A stretch of 64,000 bases of DNA from Acidobacteriota bacterium (GCA_965217775.1 CBDCJH010000002.1:3776001-3840000), one strand, 5' to 3'. Positions 9,407 to 19,141 are shown, counted from the stretch's first letter. Numbers and translations: made by a program. Notes: a model not told the origin generated them from the sequence alone.

Positions 9407-10980
9407 CCCGAATTGTCCTGGATTCGAAATCGGACGCTCATATCTTTGGTCTGACCCGAGATCAGGTCCTGAACGGAGATCTCGGCGCGGTAGTCCCCGG
9501 CGCCGTCGATATAGAGATGGGTCGAGGCCGAGGCCCGTTCCCCCAGGTAGGTCAGGCCGACGTGGTCCAGACGGATCTCCTGGATTACCCGCCCCTCCCG
9601 GTCCAGAACGCGCAGCGGAATCTTCAGGTCCGCCTCGCCGGTGGCGGCGTCCACGGAGAAGTTGTAGATCTCGAAATAGAGTCCGACCCGTTCCCCGGCC
9701 GGAAACGTATTTTTCTGGAGGTTGGGATAGACCTTCAGTCCGGACAGCGTGGCGAAGGGCTCCAGTGGATTGGCCTCCTTCTGGACTCGAATCCGATCCG
9801 CCAGGATCAGCGAACTGGTGAAGAGTTCCTTCCCCGGCTTGGGCGGCACCACGATGGAATGGACCGAGGTGCCGATCTTCCCGGAGTGAACGTCGCGGAC
9901 CACCCAGTCCAGCTTGTAGCGGCCCGACTTCAGGGGAATCGTGTGTTGGTAGAGAGACTTCCCCTGTTCCACGAACGGGCGGTAGCCAGTGTCCTCCACG
10001 TAGACCTGGTCTTCGAACTCGTAGACGATCTTCCCCAGGAGGTCATGAACGGCGCCGTAGATCTCGACGCGGGCCTTGCGGATTTCGTTCTCCGGCTGAT
10101 AGGTCAAGAGTCGGTTCCAGATCTGAAGCGTGGCCGGCACCATGAATTGCTCCGCATTGACCCAGACGATGGCCGCGCGGGTGTCGACGGGCAACTCCTC
10201 GTAGTGGATGCGCGTCCCGACGACTTTCTGCAGGTCCTTGTACTTGATGTTGGGAGGAGTGAGCGCCTGGAAGTAGTCCTCGATGCGCTGGAGGTTGCTC
10301 TTGTTGATGCCGAGACCGGTGTGATCCAGAGGCCTCAGAATGCCCTGCTGCCGGATGCGATCGAGTCGCGTCCTCGATCCGAAGAACTCCTCCATGGTCA
10401 GCCCGTAGCCGGTATGCAGCAGGGCGTCCTTTTCGTCCGGGGTGAGAGCCAGGCGGTAGTTGCCGTTCATGCCGGAGTCCACGAACTCGAACAGGATGTC
10501 GTTTCCCAGGCCTTCGATGTAGCGATAGGACCAGACCTCGTATGGGAAAGTGACGGTGGACCCGCCCCCTTCCGCAAGCGTGCGGTTGTAAAGTCCGCCC
10601 ATGGGATGCATTTCGATGTGGGCCGGCGCACCGAAAACGATATAGATCCGTCCCCGATCCGTGAGCCAGCCGTCACGCCCCGCCTTGAAGCGCTCATTGG
10701 CGTACGCGATGCGGCGGTAGTGCTCCTCCTTGAATTCGTTGATCGAGGTCTTGGGATCGGGGTCCCGCCGCAGCCAGAACTGCTCGATGAAACGCTCTTT
10801 TTCCTCCGGTGCGGAGAGCTCCTGGAAGACACTGGTTTCTTCCGGATTGACGATGTAGCGAACATCCTCGTCCAGCCACTTCCTGAAGTACTGCTCGGAC
10901 TCCTCGTCTCTGACGGATTGGCCGAGTGAGACGGAAGCAATGAGGAAAAGGAGACAAAGTGCCGGAATTGCCGGACCCAT
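9403..10980 (-). CDS. GWxTD domain-containing protein
   Basis: Signal peptide MGPAIPALCLLFLIASVSLG, then WLDEDVRYI, FIEQFWLRRDP, EHYRRIAYANERF and GWLTDRGRIYI. Confidence 0.92.
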   Translation of the reverse strand: MGPAIPALCLLFLIASVSLGQSVRDEESEQYFRKWLDEDVRYIVNPEETSVFQELSAPEEKERFIEQFWLRRDPDPKTSINEFKEEHYRRIAYANERFKAGRDGWLTDRGRIYIVFGAPAHIEMHPMGGLYNRTLAEGGGSTVTFPYEVWSYRYIEGLGNDILFEFVDSGMNGNYRLALTPDEKDALLHTGYGLTMEEFFGSRTRLDRIRQQGILRPLDHTGLGINKSNLQRIEDYFQALTPPNIKYKDLQKVVGTRIHYEELPVDTRAAIVWVNAEQFMVPATLQIWNRLLTYQPENEIRKARVEIYGAVHDLLGKIVYEFEDQVYVEDTGYRPFVEQGKSLYQHTIPLKSGRYKLDWVVRDVHSGKIGTSVHSIVVPPKPGKELFTSSLILADRIRVQKEANPLEPFATLSGLKVYPNLQKNTFPAGERVGLYFEIYNFSVDAATGEADLKIPLRVLDREGRVIQEIRLDHVGLTYLGERASASTHLYIDGAGDYRAEISVQDLISGQTKDMSVRFRIQDNSG

Positions 10981-11183
10981 GGGTTGTCGAAGAGTATAAC
11001 GAATGCTCATCTCCGGCGGAAGCAAGCCGGCGCCGTCCCAGGAGGGGGGACATGTTGTCCCCCATTCTCCCCGGCGTCGGGGGTTGCCCCCAATTTGACA
11101 ACTTGGCACGCCCTTCATATGCTGACCCGCAAATTTTCACTCAGCTTCCAGTCCAGTCAATCAGCAAGAAAGGGAGGTCACTC

Positions 11184-13100
11184 ATGAGGAGTTCGCCGTG
11201 GACTCTGCTGTTTGCAGTGGGACTCTTCTGCTTTGGTTTTGCGGCCGCCGGGCCGGCAGGCGAGGAGAAAACCATGGATGTCGTCGTCATGAAGGATGTC
11301 ATGGTCCCGATGCGGGATGGAGTCGAGCTGGCGACGGACCTGTATCTGCCGGCGAAAGACGGCCGCCCGCTGGAAGGAAAGTATCCGGTGGTCCTGCAGC
11401 GGACGCCTTACGACAAGGAGAACCAGTTCTACAAGGACCCGGCCAGCTTCTTTGCCAGCCACGGCTACCTGTCGGTGATTCAGGACTGCCGGGGGCGGTT
11501 CCGATCGGGAGGCGAGTTCTTTCCCATGCGGGACGAGGCGGAGGACGGCTACGACACGGTGGAATGGCTGGCCCGGCATCCCTCCAGCAGCGGAAAGGTC
11601 GGGACCTACGGGGTCTCCTACATGGGTTGGGTGCAAATCCAGATGGCGACGCTGAACCCTCCCAGCCTGGCCACCATGATCCCCCACACCGGACCGAACA
11701 ACGCGTACTACTACAGCATGCACGTCGGCGGCACCCGCACTCTGGGCCTGCTGAGGTGGCACCTGCACATGGCCACCACCAGTTGGGAGGCTCAGGAGAA
11801 CCCTTCCATCGTTGAAGCCATCAAGCCGATGCTGACCTCCAAGGGGTTTCTGCAGTGGGCGTCGCGGATTCCGTGGCGGCGCGGGCAGACGCCGCTGAGC
11901 GTGGCTCCCAGGTACGAGGACGCCGCCTTCCAGTTCTACTTCGACAACAACGACTACACGGAGTTCTGGCAGCGGCCCGGCCTGGCCATGGACGAATACT
12001 TCGACAACTATCCGGACATTCCCATCATGTGGGTCACCGGATGGTACGAGGTCTACGCCCGCTCCATCGTGGACGGCTACCGGGAGATGCTCAAGCGAGG
12101 CCGCCGCGACCAGTATCTTGTGGCCGGCCCCTGGACCCACGCCAACTGGGATCCCTACAACGGGGACGCCAACTACGGCGCCAAGGCGGGGCTCATGCCA
12201 CCCAACGATCTCGAATTCCTCGACTACGAACTGCAGTGGTTCGATCGCTGGCTCAAGGGGGACGAGAGCGCCGAGCTGGGCCATCCGGTGAAGGTGTTCG
12301 TGATGGGCGGCGGTGACGGTGGGCGCGGTGAAAAAGACCGGATGAACCATGGAGGCGCCTGGCATACCGGCGAGCAATGGCCCGCCGTAGACACCTCCGC
12401 CAGGAAATACTATTTCCACGGGGACGGCACGCTGTCCGCAACGAAACCCGGCGGCGGGGCCGATTCCACCACCTACACCTACGATCCTCGGAACACGGTC
12501 CACAGCGACGGCCGCTGCGAGATCGCCTACGGACCGGCGTCCGAGCTCGGGTTCCGGGGAATGGGACCCTACAACCAGATCCAGATGGAGACCCTCCCGG
12601 GCCACGGGATTCCCGGACTCCCCACCGCCTCCCGCCCCGACGTCCTGGTCTTCCAGACGCCTCCCCTGTCCCGGGATACGACCGTGGCGGGCAACCTTCG
12701 AGCTGTGCTCTACGTGTCGTCCGATGCCCCCGACACCGACTTCTTCGTCAAGCTGATCGACGTCTATCCGGCCAGTGAGGACTACCCTGCGGGCTACGCC
12801 TTCCCCGTCACCGACGGCATCATCCGGGCCCGGTACCGGAACAGCTTCAAGACGCCGGAGTTGATGGAGCCGGCCAAAGTGTACGAGATCCGCCTGCCGG
12901 TCCAGCCGGCGGCCAACCTGTTCAAGGCGGGCCATCGCATCCGGGTGGACATCTCCAGCAGCAGCTTTCCCAACTTCGACATCAACCGGAACACGGGCGA
13001 CCCGCTGAGCCGGCAGTGGCGCATCGCCAACAACACGATCCATCACGGGGGCAAACATGCTTCCTTCATCGAGTTGGCGATCCAGGAGGGGAGTCCATGA
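11184..13100 (+). CDS. CocE/NonD family hydrolase
   Basis: RBS GGGAGG, signal peptide, MRDGVELATDLY, RTPY, nucleophile GVSYMG, GPWTH and C-terminal SSSFPNFDIN. Confidence 0.92.
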   Translation: MRSSPWTLLFAVGLFCFGFAAAGPAGEEKTMDVVVMKDVMVPMRDGVELATDLYLPAKDGRPLEGKYPVVLQRTPYDKENQFYKDPASFFASHGYLSVIQDCRGRFRSGGEFFPMRDEAEDGYDTVEWLARHPSSSGKVGTYGVSYMGWVQIQMATLNPPSLATMIPHTGPNNAYYYSMHVGGTRTLGLLRWHLHMATTSWEAQENPSIVEAIKPMLTSKGFLQWASRIPWRRGQTPLSVAPRYEDAAFQFYFDNNDYTEFWQRPGLAMDEYFDNYPDIPIMWVTGWYEVYARSIVDGYREMLKRGRRDQYLVAGPWTHANWDPYNGDANYGAKAGLMPPNDLEFLDYELQWFDRWLKGDESAELGHPVKVFVMGGGDGGRGEKDRMNHGGAWHTGEQWPAVDTSARKYYFHGDGTLSATKPGGGADSTTYTYDPRNTVHSDGRCEIAYGPASELGFRGMGPYNQIQMETLPGHGIPGLPTASRPDVLVFQTPPLSRDTTVAGNLRAVLYVSSDAPDTDFFVKLIDVYPASEDYPAGYAFPVTDGIIRARYRNSFKTPELMEPAKVYEIRLPVQPAANLFKAGHRIRVDISSSSFPNFDINRNTGDPLSRQWRIANNTIHHGGKHASFIELAIQEGSP

Positions 13101-14908
13101 TCCGATTGACTCGCCACTGGACCCGAGGACTTCTCGTCATGTGCCTGCAATCCACACTCATCTCGCCGTCTTTGGCCGAGAGACCAGCCTGGAAGGACAT
13201 CCTGTCTCCGCCGGAACACAGCCCTGCCACGTTGATCGACGTCCGGGTGCCCATGCGGGACGGGGTTTCGTTGTCGGCGGACGTCTATCTCCCCGGGAAG
13301 GAAGGCCGGTGGCCGGTCATCCTGGAGCGGACACCGTACGGCAACAGCTCCGACTGGTACATCAACCGGGCCCTGTATTTCGCCCGGCGCGGTTACGTGT
13401 ACGTGCTCCAGGACTGCCGCGGCCGTTTCGATTCGGATGGAGAGTGGTCCGGGTGGATCGTGGAAATCGAAGACGGGCGGGACACGCTGGACTGGTGCGG
13501 AACCCAGTCCTGGTCCAACGGCAACGTGGGCATGATGGGGATGTCCCACATGGGACTGACCCAGTGGAAGGCAGCCCAGACCGGTTCACCCTACCTGAAG
13601 GCCATCGCCCCCCAGATGGGCCCGGCCGACGAATACCTGTACGGGATGAACTACACCGGCGGAGCCTTCCTGCTGCAGATCGGCATCCCCTGGTCCATCG
13701 GCGTCCGCGGGCGGACTCAACAGACGCGGCAACCGTATGACTGGGACAAGCTGTTTCGGCACCTCCCCATTCTGACGGCCGACGTGGAGGCCACGGGAAA
13801 ACCGATCGGGTTCTACCGCGACTGGATCCAGCACCCCAGCTACGACGATTTCTGGAAGAAGGCCAGCAACTACGGGCACTTCCGCAAGATGGACGTCCCC
13901 ATCCTGCAGGTGAGCGGCTGGCTCGACCTGCACGCCAAGTCGCTGTTCGCCAACTACGAGGCCATTCAGCGAGAGGGCACAGAGCGCGCCAAGCGCCTGC
14001 AGAAAGTGGTGGTCGGCCCCTGGGTCCACACCGACCGGCCCAAGCAGGGCTACGGGGTGTTGGATTTCGGAGTCGACTCCATCATCGACCTCTATGCGCT
14101 CTACCTGCGCTGGATGGACCGGTGGCTGAAGGGGATCGAGAACGGGGTCGAGAACGAGCCCCCTCTGAAACTGTTCATGATGGGGAAGAACCGGTGGAGA
14201 ACCGCCGACAAATGGCCACTCCCCGAGACCCAATGGACTCCCTTCTACTTGCGCAGCGGCGGGCGGGCCAATTCTCTCTTCGGCGACGGCACCCTCGCTA
14301 CGGGAATGCCCGGCGGCGGCGAGCCGGCCGACCGCTACACCTACAACCCGGAAGACCCCGTCCCGACCCTGGGGATGGATCCCAACGGCGAGGTGGCGCC
14401 CCTGGACCACCGGCCCGTGGAGTACCGGGACGACGTCCTGGTCTACAGCACCGAAGCCCTCGAGGAAGAGCTGGAGGTGACGGGCCCGATCCAGGCCACC
14501 ATCTACGCCAGCAGCTCCGCTCCGGACACGGACTGGACCGTCAAGCTGCTGGACGTCTACCCGGACGGCAAGGCGGTCAACCTCTGGGACGGTATCCTCC
14601 GAGCCCGTTACCGGGATCCCGCGGCAATCCGGGCCGGAGTCCCCTCACCCGGCCAGTTCGAAAACCCTGAGTTACTGGAGCCTGGGAAGATCTACAGCTT
14701 CTTCATCGAGGTGGGCGTCGTCAGCAACGTCTTTCTCAAGGGTCACAAGATCCGCGTCGAAGTCTCCAGCAGCAACTTCCCGCGTTTCGACCGCAACCTG
14801 AACAACGGAGGAAAGCTCGGCGTCGACACCGAGATCGTCCTAGCCAATCAGACCATCTACCACGACGCCGACCACCCGTCCCACATCCTCCTGCCGGTCA
14901 TTCCGTAG
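13097..14908 (+). CDS. CocE/NonD family hydrolase
   Basis: ATGA overlap with the upstream gene. MRDGVSLSADVY, RTPY, GMSHMG, GPWVH, SSSNFPRFDRN. Confidence 0.92.
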   Translation: MIRLTRHWTRGLLVMCLQSTLISPSLAERPAWKDILSPPEHSPATLIDVRVPMRDGVSLSADVYLPGKEGRWPVILERTPYGNSSDWYINRALYFARRGYVYVLQDCRGRFDSDGEWSGWIVEIEDGRDTLDWCGTQSWSNGNVGMMGMSHMGLTQWKAAQTGSPYLKAIAPQMGPADEYLYGMNYTGGAFLLQIGIPWSIGVRGRTQQTRQPYDWDKLFRHLPILTADVEATGKPIGFYRDWIQHPSYDDFWKKASNYGHFRKMDVPILQVSGWLDLHAKSLFANYEAIQREGTERAKRLQKVVVGPWVHTDRPKQGYGVLDFGVDSIIDLYALYLRWMDRWLKGIENGVENEPPLKLFMMGKNRWRTADKWPLPETQWTPFYLRSGGRANSLFGDGTLATGMPGGGEPADRYTYNPEDPVPTLGMDPNGEVAPLDHRPVEYRDDVLVYSTEALEEELEVTGPIQATIYASSSAPDTDWTVKLLDVYPDGKAVNLWDGILRARYRDPAAIRAGVPSPGQFENPELLEPGKIYSFFIEVGVVSNVFLKGHKIRVEVSSSNFPRFDRNLNNGGKLGVDTEIVLANQTIYHDADHPSHILLPVIP

Positions 14909-14989
14909 GGGCACCCCTTGTGGGTGCCCTCTTTCGTTCTGCCATCAGTCGCCGACACGGGGGAGGGCGACCACAAGGGTCGCCCCTAC
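14905..14989 (+). repeat. GTAG-type REP doublet (REPIN/BIME-like), 85 bp
   Basis: GTAGGGGCACCCCTTGTGGGTGCCCT...AGGGCGACCACAAGGGTCGCCCCTAC. Its TAG is the stop codon of the upstream CocE gene. Confidence 0.85.
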
Positions 14990-15022
14990 GATTCGTCCCT
15001 CCAATACCGGTATATTCTGATC

Positions 15023-16864
15023 ATGTTGATACCTACGATCATCCTCCTCGTAGCATCCCTCACCCCCGCCCTTGCGGACACCCCCAACATCCTGTGGATC
15101 AGCTCCGAAGACAACGGGCCCCACCTCGGCGTCTACGGCGACTCCTACGCCGACACTCCGAACCTGGACGCATTGGGCGCCCGCGGCATGATCTACCGCA
15201 ACGCGTGGTCCACGGCCCCCGTCTGCGCGCCGGCTCGCACCACCATCATCAGCGGCATGTACCCGCCGTCCACGGGTTCGCAGCACATGCGCTCGTCGAC
15301 CCGGCTCCCCCGGTTGATGAAGATGTTCCCCCAGTACCTGCGCGAGACCGGCTACTACGTCACCAACAACTCCAAGGAGGACTACAACCTCATCAAACCC
15401 GGCAAGGTCTGGGACGAATCCAGCCCGCAGGCGCACTGGCGCAAGCGCGCGCCCGGCCAGCCCTTCTTCTCGGTCTTCAATCTCACAGTCACCCACGAGT
15501 CCCAGATCCGGAAGCGCCCGCATGCAGCCGTCCACGACCCCGCTACGGTGCGGGTGCCCGCCTACCACCCCGACACCCCGGAGACCCGGCAGGACTGGGC
15601 CCAATACCACGACAAGATGACGGAGATGGACGGTCTGGCCGGCAAGGTGCTGGCCCAGTTGAAAGCAGACGGCCTGGAAGAGGACACCATCGTCTTCTAC
15701 TGGGCGGACCACGGGGCCGGCATGCCCCGCAGCAAGCGCTGGACCTACAACTCCGGCCTGCACGTGCCGTTGATCCTCTACATCCCGGAGAAGTTCCGGC
15801 ACCTGCGCCCGGCCGAGTACGCCGCGGGCGGTGAGAGCGACCGTCTCGTCGGTTTCGTCGACTTCGCGGCGACGGTTCTCAGCCTCGCCGGCATCCAACC
15901 TCCGGGCCATTTCCAAGGCCATGCCTTCGCGGGCAAATACGAAGCTCCTCCGCAGCCGTACCTTTACGGCTTTCGCGGACGGATGGACGAGCGCTACGAC
16001 ATGGTCCGCAGCGTCCGCGACCAGCGCTACATCTACATCCGCAACTTCATGCCGCACCGGATCTACGGCCAGTTCGTCGAGTACATGTTCCGGACGCCGA
16101 CGACCGCCGTGTGGCACAAGATGTACACCGAGGGAAAGCTGAGCCCTCCTCGCACCCACTTCTGGGAGACCAAACCGGCCGAGGAACTCTACGACTTGGC
16201 CGAGGACCCCGATGAGACGAGAAATCTCGCCGACAGCCCCGAGCATACGGCGGTCCTGGAGTGTCTGCGGGCCGCCCGCCGGGAGTGGTCGCTGTCGATC
16301 CGCGATCTCGGATTCCTGCCGGAAAGCGCCATCCACTCACGATCCGGCCATGATGCGCCCCATTCCATGGGAGCCGACCCGGCGAGGTACCCCCTGGAGC
16401 GCATCATGCGAATGTCGGAATTGGCGTCCTCCATGCAGGAAGGCGTGGAGCCGGAACTTCGCGCCGGGTTCGCAGATCCCGACAGCGCCGTGCGTTACTG
16501 GGCGGCCCTGGGCGCCTTGATGAGAGGGGAGGCGGGTGTCGGGGCACTGGCCGCGCCGCTACGGGAGGCGCTCTCGGATGACGATCCGGCGGTCCGAGTT
16601 GCCGCCGGCGAAGCGCTCGGGCGGTATGGCAACGATCCGGACACCGAACGTGCCCTGGCCGTGCTGGTGGAACTGGCCGATGCGGAAAAGCACGGTCTCC
16701 ACGTCGCCATGATGGCGCTCAATGCTCTCGACTACCTGGAGGCCCGCGCCGAGCCGGCGCTCAACCGGATCCTCGCCCTGCCCCAAGAGCTGCCGGGAAT
16801 GGACCGCCGGTTCCGCATTTACCTCCCGAACCTCATCGCCAAGATCCGCGCGGACTTCGAGTGA
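15023..16864 (+). CDS. Cys-type sulfatase with C-terminal HEAT repeats
   Basis: Signal peptide, PNILWISSED, the CAPAR formylglycine motif, ADHG, EELYDLAEDPDE and a HEAT tail (DPDSAVRYWAA). Confidence 0.92.
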   Translation: MLIPTIILLVASLTPALADTPNILWISSEDNGPHLGVYGDSYADTPNLDALGARGMIYRNAWSTAPVCAPARTTIISGMYPPSTGSQHMRSSTRLPRLMKMFPQYLRETGYYVTNNSKEDYNLIKPGKVWDESSPQAHWRKRAPGQPFFSVFNLTVTHESQIRKRPHAAVHDPATVRVPAYHPDTPETRQDWAQYHDKMTEMDGLAGKVLAQLKADGLEEDTIVFYWADHGAGMPRSKRWTYNSGLHVPLILYIPEKFRHLRPAEYAAGGESDRLVGFVDFAATVLSLAGIQPPGHFQGHAFAGKYEAPPQPYLYGFRGRMDERYDMVRSVRDQRYIYIRNFMPHRIYGQFVEYMFRTPTTAVWHKMYTEGKLSPPRTHFWETKPAEELYDLAEDPDETRNLADSPEHTAVLECLRAARREWSLSIRDLGFLPESAIHSRSGHDAPHSMGADPARYPLERIMRMSELASSMQEGVEPELRAGFADPDSAVRYWAALGALMRGEAGVGALAAPLREALSDDDPAVRVAAGEALGRYGNDPDTERALAVLVELADAEKHGLHVAMMALNALDYLEARAEPALNRILALPQELPGMDRRFRIYLPNLIAKIRADFE

Positions 16865-16868
16865 ACGG
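16809..16868 (+). repeat. Direct repeat copy 1 (sulfatase 3' end)
   Basis: ggttccgcatttacctcccgaacctcatcgccaagatccgcgcggacttcgagtgaacgg, repeated at 17689-17748 with about 8 mismatches in 60 bp. Confidence 0.9.
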
Positions 16869-16930
16869 AATCAGCGGTCCGACCGGCCTATTTCGATCTG
16901 TCCACCCTTGAGTTCTTCCGTCGTTCAAGA

Positions 16931-17326
16931 TTATGCCAAGTCCAAAAGCGGAATGTTCATGGCGCGGGCGACATCTGTCATTCGGCGATCGTAGCTTGCA
17001 AGTGTGACTGATTGTCCTTGCTTGCGAAGGTAGTCGCAGGAAGCAAGATGAAGGGTATCGAGGGTGCGTAAGAATACAGACACGGGAAAGGCATCCAGAG
17101 CCCGTGCCAGTACCGGTGGAGTAAGCTCCAGCAACGCGACTTGTCCGATGAGTCGAAGGGCCGTCTCACCGTGGGATTCGGCGAGTCTGCGCGCGTGTAG
17201 CTGGGTCCAAATCTCGTACTCCATCAAACGACTGGACACCAGCGTCTCGCTCCAAAGCGAGGCGGGTGGGCAACGATCTTCCGCCAGTAGCTGGGCAAGA
17301 GCGACGGAGGTATCGAGGTAGATCAC
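16931..17326 (-). CDS. vapC: PIN-domain toxin (VapC family)
   Basis: MIYLDTSVAL...E...LRTLDTLHLAS...SYDRRM PIN signature. Overlaps the antitoxin by 4 nt. Confidence 0.9.
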   Translation of the reverse strand: MIYLDTSVALAQLLAEDRCPPASLWSETLVSSRLMEYEIWTQLHARRLAESHGETALRLIGQVALLELTPPVLARALDAFPVSVFLRTLDTLHLASCDYLRKQGQSVTLASYDRRMTDVARAMNIPLLDLA

Positions 17327-17616
17327 CGTTCGCTCCGGTGTTCTTCCAATTCGGCGAGAATATCCCGGAGCGGCGCCACCGGTTGAGGTGTCGGCGGCTC
17401 ACCGTCGGATGGTAGGACCGGCGGCGTCAACCAGCCCTTACGTACCGCCTCTGCGAGCAGCGCATCGGCTAGAATCGGACTCCTCGTCGGTTTCCGCGGA
17501 CCGATTTCGGCTACGACTCGGTCGCGGTCTGTCACCAGAACGGTTTCCCCTGATGCGGCGATCCTTATGTACTCGCTTAAACGGCTGTTGAGCACCTTTA
17601 TTCCTACTGATCTCAT
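17323..17616 (-). CDS. Phd/YefM-family antitoxin
   Basis: MRSVGIKVLNSRLSEYIRIAASGETVLVTDRDRVVAEI, a Phd-like N-terminus, directly upstream of the PIN toxin. Confidence 0.88.
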   Translation of the reverse strand: MRSVGIKVLNSRLSEYIRIAASGETVLVTDRDRVVAEIGPRKPTRSPILADALLAEAVRKGWLTPPVLPSDGEPPTPQPVAPLRDILAELEEHRSER

Positions 17617-17626
17617 ACGGATTAAA

Positions 17627-17644
17627 GTAGCAACTCGTAGCTAC
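17627..17644. promoter_or_regulatory. Putative TA autoregulatory operator
   Basis: Inverted repeat GTAGC-aactcgta-GCTAC immediately upstream of the antitoxin start. Confidence 0.4.
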
Positions 17645-17688
17645 CAGTTCAAACTGCGCCAAAGCGACCAATGCGGTTATGGGCCCAA

Positions 17689-17748
17689 GGTTCCGCATCT
17701 ACTTGCCGAACCTCATCGCCAAGATCCGGTCGGATTTCGAGTAAGCGG
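17689..17748 (+). repeat. Direct repeat copy 2 (orphan sulfatase 3' end)
   Basis: Encodes FRIYLPNLIAKIRSDFE*, versus FRIYLPNLIAKIRADFE* in the gene. Confidence 0.9.
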
Positions 17749-17774
17749 CCCGGCAGCCCGGCGGGAGACGGGAA

Positions 17775-18893
17775 TCAGGCGGAACTCTTTTCTCGTTGCC
17801 AGAGCCTGTAAAGACCCAGAGTCATCAACGGGACGATGTAGACGAACAGGAATCCCCAACTCACCGCTCCGTAGCCCTTGGCGACCAAGTGGACCAACCC
17901 GAATGTCGACAGCGCCAGTCCCAGCAAGAGAAGAGCCAGGGCCACCAGGGGCCTGACCCGTCGAGGAAGGTCTCTCCCCCGAGCCTGTAGAGCCGACTGC
18001 AAGCGTTCGTTGACGGAATGGATCATTCCCGTCCCGGTCTCGACCAGAGTTCCCAGCAGGACCACCTGAAAGACGATGAGGAGCAGGGGCAACTGGGCTT
18101 CGCGCAAGATGTAGACCGCCGGGATCTCCTGGGAAAGCACCTCCGGATAGTGGCCGACGATGGCGAGGTAGAAGAGCAAGCCGGGGAAAATTCCGATCAC
18201 GCCGCCGAGGAGACCTGCTCCGACGGCCTGCCGCCGGCTCTTGATGTGATGCGTGGCGAATAGAACCGCAGGAATCGCTCCGAGGTTGTAGAAACCGTAC
18301 TTGAACGCCCCCAGGACCCAGAGGGAGGAATCGATCCCGGTGGAGAGGCTGTCTCGAATCTCGGCACCGAACCGGAGGAAGCACAGAACGAAGAAGACCA
18401 GATAGACCCCGTAGAGGAGCAGCGACCAGCCGGAGAGAAACTTCTCGATCAGGCCCGTTCCCTTGAAGGTGAGAAATCCGATGGAAGCCAGCATGATGGC
18501 GACCCCGAGCAGGTAGGGCAGGCCGAAGTTGTCGCGCAGCAGGACCCCAGCGGTGGAGCCGATCACCGCCAAGACGATCAGCAGCAGGATCAGATAGAGA
18601 ACTTCGAAGCTGACCCAGAATCGGCCCAACAGGTGGAGGAAGAAGGTTCGATAGTCATGCGCCCGGTAGATCCTCGCGAATTCGAAGGAGACGGCAAGGA
18701 CCACCGACCACATCACGGTACTGATGAAAAGCATTCCCAACAGACCGCCGACGGGTCCGTAGTTGAGGAAGTACTCCACCATTTCCCGTCCCGTACCGTA
18801 TCCCCCGGCGATGATCACCGACTGGAAGACGATTCCGGGGAGCACGTAGGCCTTGAATACGGACGTGAGTCGATTGCGTTGCATGACGGTCAT
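17775..18893 (-). CDS. YkvI-like polytopic membrane protein (possible amino-acid permease)
   Basis: About 10 hydrophobic segments and the motif SVIIAGGYGTGREMVEYF. Confidence 0.75.
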   Translation of the reverse strand: MTVMQRNRLTSVFKAYVLPGIVFQSVIIAGGYGTGREMVEYFLNYGPVGGLLGMLFISTVMWSVVLAVSFEFARIYRAHDYRTFFLHLLGRFWVSFEVLYLILLLIVLAVIGSTAGVLLRDNFGLPYLLGVAIMLASIGFLTFKGTGLIEKFLSGWSLLLYGVYLVFFVLCFLRFGAEIRDSLSTGIDSSLWVLGAFKYGFYNLGAIPAVLFATHHIKSRRQAVGAGLLGGVIGIFPGLLFYLAIVGHYPEVLSQEIPAVYILREAQLPLLLIVFQVVLLGTLVETGTGMIHSVNERLQSALQARGRDLPRRVRPLVALALLLLGLALSTFGLVHLVAKGYGAVSWGFLFVYIVPLMTLGLYRLWQREKSSA

Positions 18894-19056
18894 GAGATCC
18901 TGGCCGGACAACTCCCGGACAACATTGCCAAAGGCCGGATGTTATACAGTAAGTATTGTTATATCAATAACTTAAATATAATCCAGGGAACGGCCTAACG
19001 GGCGCAGAGTGTACCAGAACGAACCTGCCAATTCACAGCATGGGCGCCCGCCACCG

Positions 19057-19141
19057 GTAGGAGCGACCCTTGTGGTCGCCCTCCCCCGTGCCGGCGACTG
19101 ATGGCAGAACGAAAGAGGGCACCCACAAGGGGAGCCCCTAC
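19057..19141 (-). repeat. GTAG-type REP doublet, inverted copy of 14905-14989
   Basis: Reverse complement matches 14905-14989 with 3 mismatches in 85 bp. Confidence 0.88.

Noticed and set aside
7553-9454. Long antisense ORFs (also 9517-10929, 11178-13058, 38682-40652, 50093-52738) and alternative-frame ORFs (40603-42918, 47697-49400)
   Set aside because: Shadow ORFs expected in high-GC coding DNA; they overlap well-supported genes and show no motifs.
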